In this document: in pieces, positions 19,598-29,690 of the stretch
Layout of the letters: every line of letters begins with the position of its first letter
Position numbering within the stretch: the stretch's first letter is position 1
IMG/VR virus record: IMGVR_UViG_3300034155_000029
Coordinates: 1 to 54,127 of that record
DNA: 54,127 bases
Source: a virus
Lineage: Duplodnaviria > Caudoviricetes
Direction: 5' to 3' (one strand)
Translations under genes and position numbers: made by a program
The notes under the pieces: generated by a model
The model's database searches: none
Told to the model about the DNA's origin: nothing
Seen by the model: the letters and a program-made list of their open reading frames with translations, nothing else

Positions 19598-19998
19598 TGT
19601 TCCCAAATATATTTTATGATTTGTCTAAATTGGTTGATGTTAGAAACCATATACAAACAGTAGTAAATGATAGAGGTGTTACAGATAAAAACGATGTAAA
19701 TACTTTACATAAAATTAGAATTCAATTAGATAAGAAGTTTATTGAGTTGGTTAAAGAGATTAATGTTGATGATCTTAATACAGAAGAAGAATCTGCTATA
19801 GAAGATCCTTTTGCTATAGATTTTCCAACACAAGAACCAATTATTAATATGTTTTCACCAAAGATTAAAGAAAAAGCTAAACCAATATCAGAAGGAATTC
19901 TAGCTAAGATAAAACAGGCAGATGAAGATATAGCTAATAGAATAAAAGAAGAAAAACTTAAATTAAAAAGCAAAAAGAGCAAAACTGAAAAAAAATAG
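19597..19998 (+). CDS. Hypothetical protein
   Basis: 133-aa ORF, TAATG coupling. Confidence 0.6.
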   Translation: MFPNIFYDLSKLVDVRNHIQTVVNDRGVTDKNDVNTLHKIRIQLDKKFIELVKEINVDDLNTEEESAIEDPFAIDFPTQEPIINMFSPKIKEKAKPISEGILAKIKQADEDIANRIKEEKLKLKSKKSKTEKK

Positions 19999-20011
19999 TA
20001 GTAAACCTGTT

Positions 20012-20069
20012 ATAAATTCCTTGGTACGCATATTTTAGAGTATTTTGGTATACGCATTAAGGAATTTAT
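20012..20069 (+). promoter_or_regulatory. Hairpin sequestering the ribosome-binding site of the fibre-like gene
   Basis: 20012-20033 pairs with 20048-20069 (11 perfect outer bp, 22-bp imperfect stem) and buries AAGGA at 20059-20063. Confidence 0.6.
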
Positions 20070-20070
20070 T

Positions 20071-22548
20071 ATGGTTAGAATTAGCGAAAAATTTCTAAAA
20101 CAAATTACATTATTAGCTAAAGAGGGTGCTACTACAGTTAATAATTATTTAGCAAGAATAATAAATGTTAATGATCCTATAGATGATTATGATGCTGTTA
20201 ATAAACGATATGTTGATGCTCATTCTGGTGGGGGTACAGTAAATAATGTTTCAGATACCGAAGACGGTTCTGTAAATTTATATCCTACAGCTGCACGTAG
20301 AATATTACATAGTACTGGGTTTCAACCTGGTGGAAGTTGGGACGCATTAAGTTTAGCAGATAATACGGCGGCTTTTTCCAATTATACATTTCCATTAATT
20401 AAACTAGATATTACAGATGCTGTTTCAGGAGATGCAATATCATTTAATGGAACAAGCCCAGTATGGTCAAGTGGTTATTTAGCTAGAGATGGTTCTACTA
20501 CTTTAACAGGTACATGGGATACTGGAGCAACTTATCATATAAGATCTATTACACCAGTTAATGATACAGATGTTGTTATTAAATCATATGTTGATGATGC
20601 GATTGAGGGTATTGCTGTTGGTGGAATGTCTGTTGTATCTTCGTCTTCTTTAGGTGCTGTTAATGCTTTCCCATCAATGATTACTAGAGCTTTGTTATCT
20701 GATGGTACTACTGGCGGTTGTGTTTGGAGACGTTGGACAACAATAGACTGTACTAATGTTTTTACAGCCGGATCTATTTCTCCAAATTTAATTAATACTA
20801 CAGGGTCTTCTTCTAATCAAATATTAAGAAATGTAGCCGGAGTTGCTGTATGGAGTAATGAATCATCTGGTGTTAGCACTAATGAAGCTAAGGTTGTTTT
20901 TCATCCAGTTTGTGAAGTTGCAGTAATTACAAATATAAACACAACTGTTCCAGGGTCTGTTTTTCGTGGACAAACATGGGGTTCTGGACATTATGGAACA
21001 CTTAGATTGTTTTTATCAAATCAATTATTTTCAAACCAAAACGGACCATGGGTATGGAATGGACCGTCGTCACCATTAACCAGACCTACAGATTGGACTG
21101 GTACTTTAACTCTAGAATATACACATATTTTCCCAATAAATAGAGCTCATGATGTACAACATGAAATTCCGGTAACCGACAGTGCTCCGACACCAATTAA
21201 TCGTGGTGGTTTTTATATGACTACTTTAATAAGTGGGTCTTTAGTTGTTAATAGTTATTCTTTCCCGTTTTTGTTTGTAGGTCCAGAATCAAATATAATT
21301 CATTATGCAGAAGTTTCAACTACTTGTAACATTAATATTGCTAGTCCACCGGCAATAATTGATGGTTTATCAATGTATGAAGGGTGTAGATTTTGGGTTG
21401 GGCTTCACCAAAGCAATCCAAACCAACAAGGCTTATGGACATGGCATGCCTCAGGATGTCAACGTCCTGTTGATTGGGCTTCTGGAAGAGAGCTTTCTAT
21501 ACTTAATATTCATTTAATTTATATAAACAATGGTGCTTTATGGGGTAAATCACATATAATTGCGTGTTTTATTTCAAACACTTTTATTATTGATTCTGGA
21601 TGGACAGCTAGAACACAAATTATAGGACCTATACAGTGGTGTTATGGCGGAATGTTATTAAAGAATACAACATTAGATTCTGGAAATCTTTCAAACCCAT
21701 ATTTAAATGAAATTACTAATGGAATTGCAAAAGTTTCCGGGGTTGTTAAAATAGATTCAACTGATATTGGAACAAAAGCAAATTGGACAACTGTATTAAC
21801 GGAAGATTTTGAAACAAACCCTCCTATTGATGGTACTGGTACAACTTGGACCGTTTCTGGCGGTACTTTGTTGAGGGTTAGTGGTTTATATCATAAAACA
21901 GGAACTTATGCATGGTATTTAGATAGGACATCTACAACAATTCAATATATGTATATAAATCGAAACGTATCTAATCCTGGTGGTGGATATGGAACTTATA
22001 GAGCTAGAGTTTGGGCAAAAGGATATGATGGTGAAGTATCAGCCAAGTTATGGTGGAATACAAACGCTTATTCTACAACAAGTCCCGCTTTTGGTGTTGC
22101 ACATGATACACCAGCTAATCCTTTAGAAGGATATTTAAACTATCCATATAGTGCAAATTCAGTTGCTTTATTTCTTGGAACAAACACCGGATATCCGACA
22201 ACAACATATGGTGTTTGTTTTGATTCTTTACAAGTTGATTGGAAAGCAACTCCACCAAGTAGTTTTGTTAGAATTGATCGTGTTATGTATAAATATAACC
22301 AACCACAAGATTTAATAGTTCCAGATGAACCCTCTAATTTAGACACTTATGATTTACAGACACAATGTAATAGTACAATATGGGGAGCATCTTATCTTGT
22401 AAGTTGTATATGGGATGGTTCAAACTTTGTTATTGGTCCTTTTGGAGTAAATAGAATAATAAACATATCACTATCATATAAACCGTTCGATTATTCTTAT
22501 GCTTCTTCTATTTCTCCAGCAACAAACTTACCATGGGTATATGCGTAA
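20071..22548 (+). CDS. Putative virion fibre/decoration protein
   Basis: Gly/Thr/Ser-rich; DAVNKRYVD and DVVIKSYVD fibre motifs; two NQxxxxxNGxW-like repeats; carbohydrate-binding-like C-terminal region. Confidence 0.7.
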   Translation: MVRISEKFLKQITLLAKEGATTVNNYLARIINVNDPIDDYDAVNKRYVDAHSGGGTVNNVSDTEDGSVNLYPTAARRILHSTGFQPGGSWDALSLADNTAAFSNYTFPLIKLDITDAVSGDAISFNGTSPVWSSGYLARDGSTTLTGTWDTGATYHIRSITPVNDTDVVIKSYVDDAIEGIAVGGMSVVSSSSLGAVNAFPSMITRALLSDGTTGGCVWRRWTTIDCTNVFTAGSISPNLINTTGSSSNQILRNVAGVAVWSNESSGVSTNEAKVVFHPVCEVAVITNINTTVPGSVFRGQTWGSGHYGTLRLFLSNQLFSNQNGPWVWNGPSSPLTRPTDWTGTLTLEYTHIFPINRAHDVQHEIPVTDSAPTPINRGGFYMTTLISGSLVVNSYSFPFLFVGPESNIIHYAEVSTTCNINIASPPAIIDGLSMYEGCRFWVGLHQSNPNQQGLWTWHASGCQRPVDWASGRELSILNIHLIYINNGALWGKSHIIACFISNTFIIDSGWTARTQIIGPIQWCYGGMLLKNTTLDSGNLSNPYLNEITNGIAKVSGVVKIDSTDIGTKANWTTVLTEDFETNPPIDGTGTTWTVSGGTLLRVSGLYHKTGTYAWYLDRTSTTIQYMYINRNVSNPGGGYGTYRARVWAKGYDGEVSAKLWWNTNAYSTTSPAFGVAHDTPANPLEGYLNYPYSANSVALFLGTNTGYPTTTYGVCFDSLQVDWKATPPSSFVRIDRVMYKYNQPQDLIVPDEPSNLDTYDLQTQCNSTIWGASYLVSCIWDGSNFVIGPFGVNRIINISLSYKPFDYSYASSISPATNLPWVYA

Positions 22549-22577
22549 ACATGTTTTTTGATGATATATGATTATAT

Positions 22578-23813
22578 ATGTCAAATGAAAAATATATAAT
22601 TATTACTCCAAGTTTATCTGGTATAATTTTACATAACCGAGAATGTATTGGTATAAAAGGATGTTCTGATGTAGTAACCGCAAGACATCTTTCATTAGCA
22701 ATGGCATTAAATAAATACAAAAATAAACCATTGCTTTGGTTAGATGATGATGTGTCAATTAAAGATTCAGACATTAAAGAATTGTTTAGAGTACAAAAAG
22801 AAACAAATGAATCAATTATTGTTGGTTGGTATCCAAATTCATTTGGAGAACCAATATTTAAACCAAAAAATAATTGGAGTTCTTTAGATTGGCATGAGTT
22901 ATATTCGTGTGGTATGGGTTGTGTTTTAATTATGCCAAATGTATGGAATTATATTGGTGAACCAAATATTCCTATATTAAATTCAGAGCGTGGAAAATAT
23001 CCTGCTGTTTTTAAACATGTTATTTCTTGGGATTCTACTTTATTAGGAGAAGATTTTTCATTTTGTGTAAATATGAGAAAGGAAGGGTTTAAAATAATTG
23101 CAGCAAATAATGTTTGTCTAACCCATAAAGGCAAAACTTTAGATTCTGAATTATTAAAAAAAGATCTTAAAGATTTATTTTCACAAAAAAACACAATTAC
23201 TACTTTGGTAAATTGCTGTGGTCCAAATAGAAGATCGAGAGATATTGCAAATAAAAGTATTAAAAAATCTGATTTATCAGATGTGAAAATTATAACAGAA
23301 AGTTCTGGAAATATTTTAACAGATTGGATAACAGTATTACGTCGAGCATCACAAGAAACATCAGATTTAGTTTTAATGATGGAAGATGATGTTGTTGTTT
23401 GTTCAGATATAGAGTCTAGAATTAAAAATTGGGAATTCGAAATTGGAAACCCATGGTATAGTAGGTTTTTTGGAGCGGCTTCTTTATGTCGTATTGGTGC
23501 TTGTACCACAACAGTTCCAAGCTGTGGTGGCCAGGCAGTATTAACAACACCTAATATGGCCAAACAATTATTAGATATTATTCTACCTTTAGTAGAGCCG
23601 TTTTTTAAAATAAAAAACTCTGAATTATCAGACAAAATTTTTAATGGGGAAATAAGGCTTGTAGATGAAATTTTTTGGGACGAAATTAAAAAACTAGGAT
23701 TGATTGGATTATATTCTCCACAATCATGGGCTAAACACATAGGCGTAAATCAGTCTTGTTGGAATAAAAACAAAGAACAAAATTGGGAAACTCCAGATTT
23801 TGTAGAAAATTAA
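22578..23813 (+). CDS. Putative two-domain GT-A glycosyltransferase
   Basis: WLDDDV, GMGCVLI, GEDFSFC in the first half; MEDDV and C-terminal HIG in the second half. Confidence 0.7.
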   Translation: MSNEKYIIITPSLSGIILHNRECIGIKGCSDVVTARHLSLAMALNKYKNKPLLWLDDDVSIKDSDIKELFRVQKETNESIIVGWYPNSFGEPIFKPKNNWSSLDWHELYSCGMGCVLIMPNVWNYIGEPNIPILNSERGKYPAVFKHVISWDSTLLGEDFSFCVNMRKEGFKIIAANNVCLTHKGKTLDSELLKKDLKDLFSQKNTITTLVNCCGPNRRSRDIANKSIKKSDLSDVKIITESSGNILTDWITVLRRASQETSDLVLMMEDDVVVCSDIESRIKNWEFEIGNPWYSRFFGAASLCRIGACTTTVPSCGGQAVLTTPNMAKQLLDIILPLVEPFFKIKNSELSDKIFNGEIRLVDEIFWDEIKKLGLIGLYSPQSWAKHIGVNQSCWNKNKEQNWETPDFVEN

Positions 23814-23824
23814 AATATTACAAA

Positions 23825-24643
23825 ATGTTATTATCAAATTTACTAAAAGGTGAAATTATTTCCCTTAAAAATAAAGACTGGTTAAAAAAGCAAAAATATG
23901 CTGGTAAAATATTAGGAGATTTACATAAAGAATTATTTTTAATTATTAAAGGGCTAGCTACTAATATTTCTTTATTTGATCTTAATTATTTTTCATTTAA
24001 TTATATTAAAAATCATAATTGTATACCTACATTTTTAAATTATCATGGTTTTCCAAGTTCTATTTGCGCTTCTTTAAATAAAGAATTAGTACATGGGTTT
24101 GGAAATAGAAAAACAATATTAAAACCAGGTGATGTTTTAAAAATTGATATTGGCGTAACTTTTGAAGATACTATAACAGATTGTGCTGTAACTTATATTT
24201 ATGGTAAACCAAAATCAGATAATATATTAAATCTTTTATTATCGTGTCAAAATGCTTTAAACCAATCTATAAAGGTGGTTAAACCAGGAAATAGAATTGG
24301 TGTAATAGGATCTGAGATATATAGAATTGGAAAAGAAAATAATTTTGGAGTAATAACAAATTATGGCGGACATGGAATAGATTATAATATATTACATGCT
24401 GCTCCATTTATTACAAATAAATCAAAATCAGAAGATGGAATAATAATACAACCAGGATTGTCTATTGCTATAGAACCAATGTTTGTATTAAATAATAATA
24501 TAAATACTAAAGTATTATCTGATAAATGGACAGTAGTAACCCAAGATATTGGGGCTCATTTTGAACATAGTATTACTTTAGATGAAGAAGGAAATACACA
24601 TATTATTACGGAACATGGAATATCAGTAAAAGATTTTATATAA
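23825..24643 (+). CDS. map: Methionine aminopeptidase type I
   Basis: GFPSSICAS, VHG, IDIG, TDCA, GGHGI, IEPM, AHFEHSI; ATG 23825. Confidence 0.93.
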   Translation: MLLSNLLKGEIISLKNKDWLKKQKYAGKILGDLHKELFLIIKGLATNISLFDLNYFSFNYIKNHNCIPTFLNYHGFPSSICASLNKELVHGFGNRKTILKPGDVLKIDIGVTFEDTITDCAVTYIYGKPKSDNILNLLLSCQNALNQSIKVVKPGNRIGVIGSEIYRIGKENNFGVITNYGGHGIDYNILHAAPFITNKSKSEDGIIIQPGLSIAIEPMFVLNNNINTKVLSDKWTVVTQDIGAHFEHSITLDEEGNTHIITEHGISVKDFI

Positions 24644-24668
24644 TGTTTAATAATTTTGGAGTCGAGCT

Positions 24669-24878
24669 ATGAAAGTTACATTTGATAATGGTGGATACAT
24701 TGAATTTCAAAAATCTAATAAGCCATATCATGTTCATATTATGATAGCTTCGAAGAACCCTGATAATTCATTACAATTATTAGTAAATTCTGCTGAAATT
24801 CATTTAAGTAAATTATTAGAATGTGTTAAGTCGGTATCTGGACCACTCATTCTATCTGAAAAAGAAAAGGAAAGTTAA
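24669..24878 (+). CDS. Hypothetical protein
   Basis: 69-aa ORF with GGAG upstream. Confidence 0.55.
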   Translation: MKVTFDNGGYIEFQKSNKPYHVHIMIASKNPDNSLQLLVNSAEIHLSKLLECVKSVSGPLILSEKEKES

Positions 24879-25178
24879 ATGCAAATTAAATCAATTATTC
24901 AAAAAATCAACAGTCGTCAATTTACAAATAACACTCAGCGTGTAGGTCTTCGTCTATTAAGTGCCAATGGTGAGTGGTTGGTTCGTTCTCAATTAGGAAA
25001 GATTCCATCTGCAACATCTCGGGTTCGAGATCTTCGTTTGTCTAAGTTTGGTGGATTTGCTGTAGAGTGTGCAAGTTCAGATTCTCTTGCTAAGAAAACC
25101 AATCGTCGAACATTTTATTATAGAATTGATCCTACTAAGGTTTCTAGTAAGCAGATTGAAACGCTTTTTAGTGTTTAA
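24879..25178 (+). CDS. Small basic protein, possibly winged-helix DNA-binding
   Basis: SATSRVRDLR helix followed by beta-wing-like FYYRI; followed by a terminator. Confidence 0.5.
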   Translation: MQIKSIIQKINSRQFTNNTQRVGLRLLSANGEWLVRSQLGKIPSATSRVRDLRLSKFGGFAVECASSDSLAKKTNRRTFYYRIDPTKVSSKQIETLFSV

Positions 25179-25202
25179 TTAAAAATAATTAAATTAATGC
25201 TT

Positions 25203-25231
25203 AAGCCCCAGATTAATTTCTGGGGCTTTTT
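25203..25231 (+). terminator. Intrinsic terminator
   Basis: AAGCCCCAGA-loop-TCTGGGGCTT followed by T-tract. Confidence 0.85.
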
Positions 25232-25251
25232 GCGTTTTGGCTGTTAAATTT

Positions 25252-25265
25252 GTTTTTACCAAAGA
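25252..25265 (-). repeat. Exact copy of dispersed motif TCTTTGGTAAAAAC
   Basis: Intergenic, between the terminator and the ATG at 25333. Confidence 0.8.
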
Positions 25266-25332
25266 ATTATTTGTTTGTTTAAACTCAAGATACATAATCC
25301 AGTATAAAAAGGAGAGTCTTTTTCGGAGTATT

Positions 25333-28300
25333 ATGACAATATCCAATCCTTGTGATTTTGCAGATCCGGTACCTTGTGGAGTAAACCCTGCATTCACATA
25401 TACAAGATATCCTTGTGATTTTGATGATCCTCGTAGTGGAGATACTAGAGGTGTACCAATAATTATAGATCTTCAAACTCCCGTAAAAGCAGAGGTTGTA
25501 AATCGTCATAGAGAAGTATTATTAGCTATTGAAGCCGAACTTGGTATTCAACCTAGTGGAACTTATACTACAGTAAGATCTAGACTAGACTCTTTAGAAG
25601 CTACGCTTTGTACTATTTGGACTTCTTTAGAGGGTCTTACAAAAGTAAATATATTATCAAACGGTGTTTCTGTTGTTGACAATGTTCAAAATATTAACTT
25701 TTTTGGTCCTGGTGTATTAGTTACAGATGCTGGTGATTTTCAAGCGAATATAAATATTATCGGTGGTGGTTTGCCTGATGTATTAAGCATTAATAATACT
25801 ACTGATGGATATGATATTGATTTTATTAATGATTCTAGAGGTGTAAATTGTTTAGACCCAGTTAACCCTCAAGATGTTGCTACTAAAAATTATGTAGATG
25901 AAATTGCAAATTATTTTGATGGTTATTTATTAACTGTTCAACAAGACAGTTTAATTATTCGTGAAAAAGTATCTTTATTAAATTTTACAGGTCCAGGTGT
26001 TACTGCTACCGAAGGTTTAAGTGATGGTGAGGTTGTTGTTAATATAGAAAGCACAACCACTATTATGAGACAGGATGTATTTGATCCTGTACCTGGGCAA
26101 ACACAATTTACATTATTACACCCGCCACTAAATCAAGAGTCAACAGAATTGTTTATTGATGGTGTATCACAAACAGTAGTTGTTGATTATGGTTTATCAG
26201 GACAAACACTAACATATGTTGGTAATCCTGTTTTAGATGGAACAGAAACTGTTGTTATAAAATATTTTGAAGATTTATCAGTTGTAGGTTACATTGGTCT
26301 TCCTGAAGTTTTATATGTAGATAATGCAACTGATGGATATAATATTGATTTTGTAAATGATTCTAGGGGTATTAATTGTCTAGACCCAATAGATCCACAA
26401 GATGTTGCTACTAAAAATTATGTTGATGGATATATTGGAAGTTTAGATTTAAGCCCAGTATTATCAGTGTATGATGAAGGGTTTTTAGAGCAAACAAGAG
26501 TAGATAAAATAAATTTCATTGGACCAGGGGTAACTGCGGTTGGTATTGGTTCTGGAACAGTAAATGTTACTATTACAGGATCTGGTGGCGGTGGTTCTGG
26601 TACAGTAATGAAACAGGAATTATATATTGCTGAAGCAGGTCAAACTATATTTACTGTTGTAGGAAATCCTTTTAATGAACAATCAACAGAGTTATTTATT
26701 AATGGTGTATCACAAACCGTTGTTTTAGATTATAATTTAACAGATATTCATGAAGTTACATATTCTGGTAATCCAATATTATTAGGTGGAGAAGAAGTTG
26801 TTATTAAATATTTTGAAGATATATCGTTAGTAACTCCACCAAATCCTTCTGCAATGAAACAACAAGTATTTATTGCTGAACCTGGACAATCTTTATTTAC
26901 TGTTGATTATAATCCAATGAATGAAGATTCTGTAGAATTGTTTATTGATGGTGTATCTCAAACTGTTAGAGATGATTATTCTGTTACTGGAAATGTAATT
27001 AATTATTATGGAGATGTTGTATTAGATGGAACAGAAATTGTTGTTATAAAATATTTTACAATGATAATGATAACAACAGATCCTGGATTGCCAACAGTAT
27101 TAGCTGCTGATAATTCTACTGATGGTTATAATATAAACTTTGAAAATGCATCAACAGGTATTAATTGTATAGATCCAACAAACCCTCAAGATATAGCCAC
27201 TAAACATTATGTAGATGGATATTCTCAAGACCTTGAAGATTTAATAAATAATCATTCTATTCAACATGAGAGTGGTGGTATTGATGAGGTTGATGGATAT
27301 AATATTGGTATAACTTATATTCCAGAAAACTATATATCTCCTAGTTTAAATATAGTTGGAGCACATATAGCTGCAATGGATTCAAAATTTGGAGATATTA
27401 TAGCTGGTAATGTTGTAGCGATATCAGCAGGAAGTTTTTCTAGAAATTCAGGGACTGTAGCGTTTGCAAACTCTAATGGTGTTACATTTGGTATGAATAC
27501 GGCAGGTGTTGTAACAGCAAGTGTAACTGGTGGTGGTGCAGCGATATCGGCTGGAACAAATTCTAAAAACTCAGGAACTATATCTTTTGTAAATTCTAAT
27601 GGATTATCTTGGGGGATGGATACAGCAGGAGTAATAACCGGAAGTGTATCTGGTGGTGGGGTAGCGATATCAGCAGGTACAAACTCTAAAAATTCAGGAA
27701 CTGTAGTATTTTCTAATTCCAATGGATTATCTTGGGGAATGGATACTGCTGGGGTAATTACTGGAAGTGTAGTTGCAGGTGGGGCGGCAATATCGGCTGG
27801 AAGTTTTTCTAGAAATTCTGGAATAATATCTTTTGCAAGTAATAATAATGGAATATCTTGTGGAATGGATTCTTTAGGATTGGTGACCTGGAATACAACA
27901 CAAAATTCTCCAATGACAATTGCAATTGGACCAAATACAATAAGTGGTAATAGTGTAGTATTTTCAAATGCTAATGGGGTATCTTTTGGAATGGCTACAG
28001 ATATTAATGGAGGTACTATTACAGCTAGTGCAGTATCTGGAGTAGTTATGGGACAAGCAGTAATGTTGCATCCAAACGTAGCTCCGGCATTAGGTGTTTC
28101 ATCATTTTCAACGTCAGGAATATCAGGCACTTTTACAAATGGTTATTTACCAATGGGGGCAACTCCATTTAATGTTCCTAATTTATGTACAATATCATCA
28201 GTATTTATTCCGGTAGTGTTTAGTGAAGTATATGGTAATGGATCCTTCTCTAATCAAACACGTAATGTTACATATTCTTGTGGAATATATTCAAAGAGTT

Positions 28301-28773
28301 TAACTAATTATACTCAAGTAGGCACTACTTCTTGGTCATATGCTTATTCATGTGCAACAGATACTGCAAGTAACACGATAGCAATTCAAATTAATAATTA
28401 TATAACTTCAATAGTTTCTGCCTTTGGTATAACTCTATCAAGTAATTTACAGGTTGCGCTTCCACTTGGCTTAACATTGAGTCCTGGAAAATATTTATGG
28501 CTTACTGGAGGCAGAATACAATGTACTAATTCTGGATATACTAGGGCAGGGGTATTAAGTTATGGGGCAATTATCGTTAATACTACTCGTATGAATATTC
28601 AGGAGTATCCATGTCTTATTGGTACTGAAAATATAACCAGAGATGCAGCAAGTGGTGTAAATCGTTATGGTGGTTTTGCATATTCGTATGCATCTCAAAG
28701 TGTTATGCCTGCGTTTTTCCCGCAATCTCCAAGTATATCTGCAAGTATAATGCCTTATTTTATTTTAGGATAA
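25333..28773 (+). CDS. Large repeat-built virion structural/fibre protein
   Basis: Three GLPxVL..TDGY..DPQDxATKxYVD units, three GQTxFT..ELFIDGVSQTV..VVIKYF units and ~41-aa ISAGxxSxNSG repeats; GGAG precedes ATG 25333. Confidence 0.75.
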   Translation: MTISNPCDFADPVPCGVNPAFTYTRYPCDFDDPRSGDTRGVPIIIDLQTPVKAEVVNRHREVLLAIEAELGIQPSGTYTTVRSRLDSLEATLCTIWTSLEGLTKVNILSNGVSVVDNVQNINFFGPGVLVTDAGDFQANINIIGGGLPDVLSINNTTDGYDIDFINDSRGVNCLDPVNPQDVATKNYVDEIANYFDGYLLTVQQDSLIIREKVSLLNFTGPGVTATEGLSDGEVVVNIESTTTIMRQDVFDPVPGQTQFTLLHPPLNQESTELFIDGVSQTVVVDYGLSGQTLTYVGNPVLDGTETVVIKYFEDLSVVGYIGLPEVLYVDNATDGYNIDFVNDSRGINCLDPIDPQDVATKNYVDGYIGSLDLSPVLSVYDEGFLEQTRVDKINFIGPGVTAVGIGSGTVNVTITGSGGGGSGTVMKQELYIAEAGQTIFTVVGNPFNEQSTELFINGVSQTVVLDYNLTDIHEVTYSGNPILLGGEEVVIKYFEDISLVTPPNPSAMKQQVFIAEPGQSLFTVDYNPMNEDSVELFIDGVSQTVRDDYSVTGNVINYYGDVVLDGTEIVVIKYFTMIMITTDPGLPTVLAADNSTDGYNINFENASTGINCIDPTNPQDIATKHYVDGYSQDLEDLINNHSIQHESGGIDEVDGYNIGITYIPENYISPSLNIVGAHIAAMDSKFGDIIAGNVVAISAGSFSRNSGTVAFANSNGVTFGMNTAGVVTASVTGGGAAISAGTNSKNSGTISFVNSNGLSWGMDTAGVITGSVSGGGVAISAGTNSKNSGTVVFSNSNGLSWGMDTAGVITGSVVAGGAAISAGSFSRNSGIISFASNNNGISCGMDSLGLVTWNTTQNSPMTIAIGPNTISGNSVVFSNANGVSFGMATDINGGTITASAVSGVVMGQAVMLHPNVAPALGVSSFSTSGISGTFTNGYLPMGATPFNVPNLCTISSVFIPVVFSEVYGNGSFSNQTRNVTYSCGIYSKSLTNYTQVGTTSWSYAYSCATDTASNTIAIQINNYITSIVSAFGITLSSNLQVALPLGLTLSPGKYLWLTGGRIQCTNSGYTRAGVLSYGAIIVNTTRMNIQEYPCLIGTENITRDAASGVNRYGGFAYSYASQSVMPAFFPQSPSISASIMPYFILG

Positions 28774-28836
28774 TATTTCAAATATTGATCATTTTAGTAA
28801 AATACATTATTTGATCTAAATTATTAAAAGGATTTT

Positions 28837-29514
28837 ATGAAAAAATTTAATTCATTTGTTTCTAATTTATCACAAACAAATTCATTTTTTATTAAATATA
28901 AAAATGAATCTTTCTTAATGAAGTTATTAAATATTATTTTATTTTTTAATAAAGGATTTATGACTGATTTTACAACTACTATTGGAAACACTATTTATTT
29001 TCCAAGTAAAGAACTTATAGAACAAGACCCAGATCTTGCAATATCTATTGTGTCTCATGAATTAATTCATATTAAACAAAGTAAATCATATGGTGGTTTA
29101 GGATATAGTATTTTGTATTTATTCCCACAAATATTATCTTTATTATCTATATTATTTGTGGTTTGGTTTCCTTTTATATTTTGTTTAATATTTTTATTAC
29201 CAATTCCAGCATATTTTAGAATGAAATTTGAATTTGAAGGATATTTAGCTACATTATTAATGTTAAAACTTATTTTGACAGAAAGAGGTTTTTCAAAAGA
29301 AGAAATTAAAAACAAACTTGAAGAAAAAGGAAATGTTTTAAATAAATATTTTAAAGACTCTGGTTATTATTACATGTGGCCATTTGGAGTTGATTTTACC
29401 AAAGAAATTCAAAGCATTATGAGTGGTCATAACCCCCACCAAGATTCCAGCTTGGAAATGGCTTGGAAAGGGCTTGTTAAAGTAAATTATGCCAAAATCA
29501 AAACAACAGGTTAA
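28837..29514 (+). CDS. Membrane protein with HExxH motif (putative Zn-peptidase); native C-terminus displaced by the IsrB element
   Basis: TTIG, SHELIH, hydrophobic helices, FEFEGY; last ~29 codons are element-derived. Confidence 0.65.
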   Translation: MKKFNSFVSNLSQTNSFFIKYKNESFLMKLLNIILFFNKGFMTDFTTTIGNTIYFPSKELIEQDPDLAISIVSHELIHIKQSKSYGGLGYSILYLFPQILSLLSILFVVWFPFIFCLIFLLPIPAYFRMKFEFEGYLATLLMLKLILTERGFSKEEIKNKLEEKGNVLNKYFKDSGYYYMWPFGVDFTKEIQSIMSGHNPHQDSSLEMAWKGLVKVNYAKIKTTG

Positions 29515-29690
29515 ATCAATGACTAGAGTATCCGGTCTTCCTACTCGTAAGAGTAGGAAGACAAAGGAAACTGAATCATCTTCCCATGGCAGGGAAAAAT
29601 ATATTTCTGATGTTTCTCTAGTTAGAAATCCCTATGATGATCAGTCTCGAAGAGAGCAATTACCGGAGCAATCCGTGAGGAAGGTAACTT
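29426..29690 (+). ncRNA. Putative omegaRNA (HEARO-like) scaffold
   Basis: GC-richer structured tract upstream of the PLMP domain; perfect 12-bp GTAA-capped stem at 29535-29562, GCAA-capped stem near 29665, TGACTAG element. 3' boundary approximate. Confidence 0.7.

Noticed and set aside
29489-29674. N-terminal ~60 aa of ORF 29489-30451 as real protein
   Set aside because: It overlaps the structured omegaRNA region; family similarity starts only at the PLMP domain near 29699.
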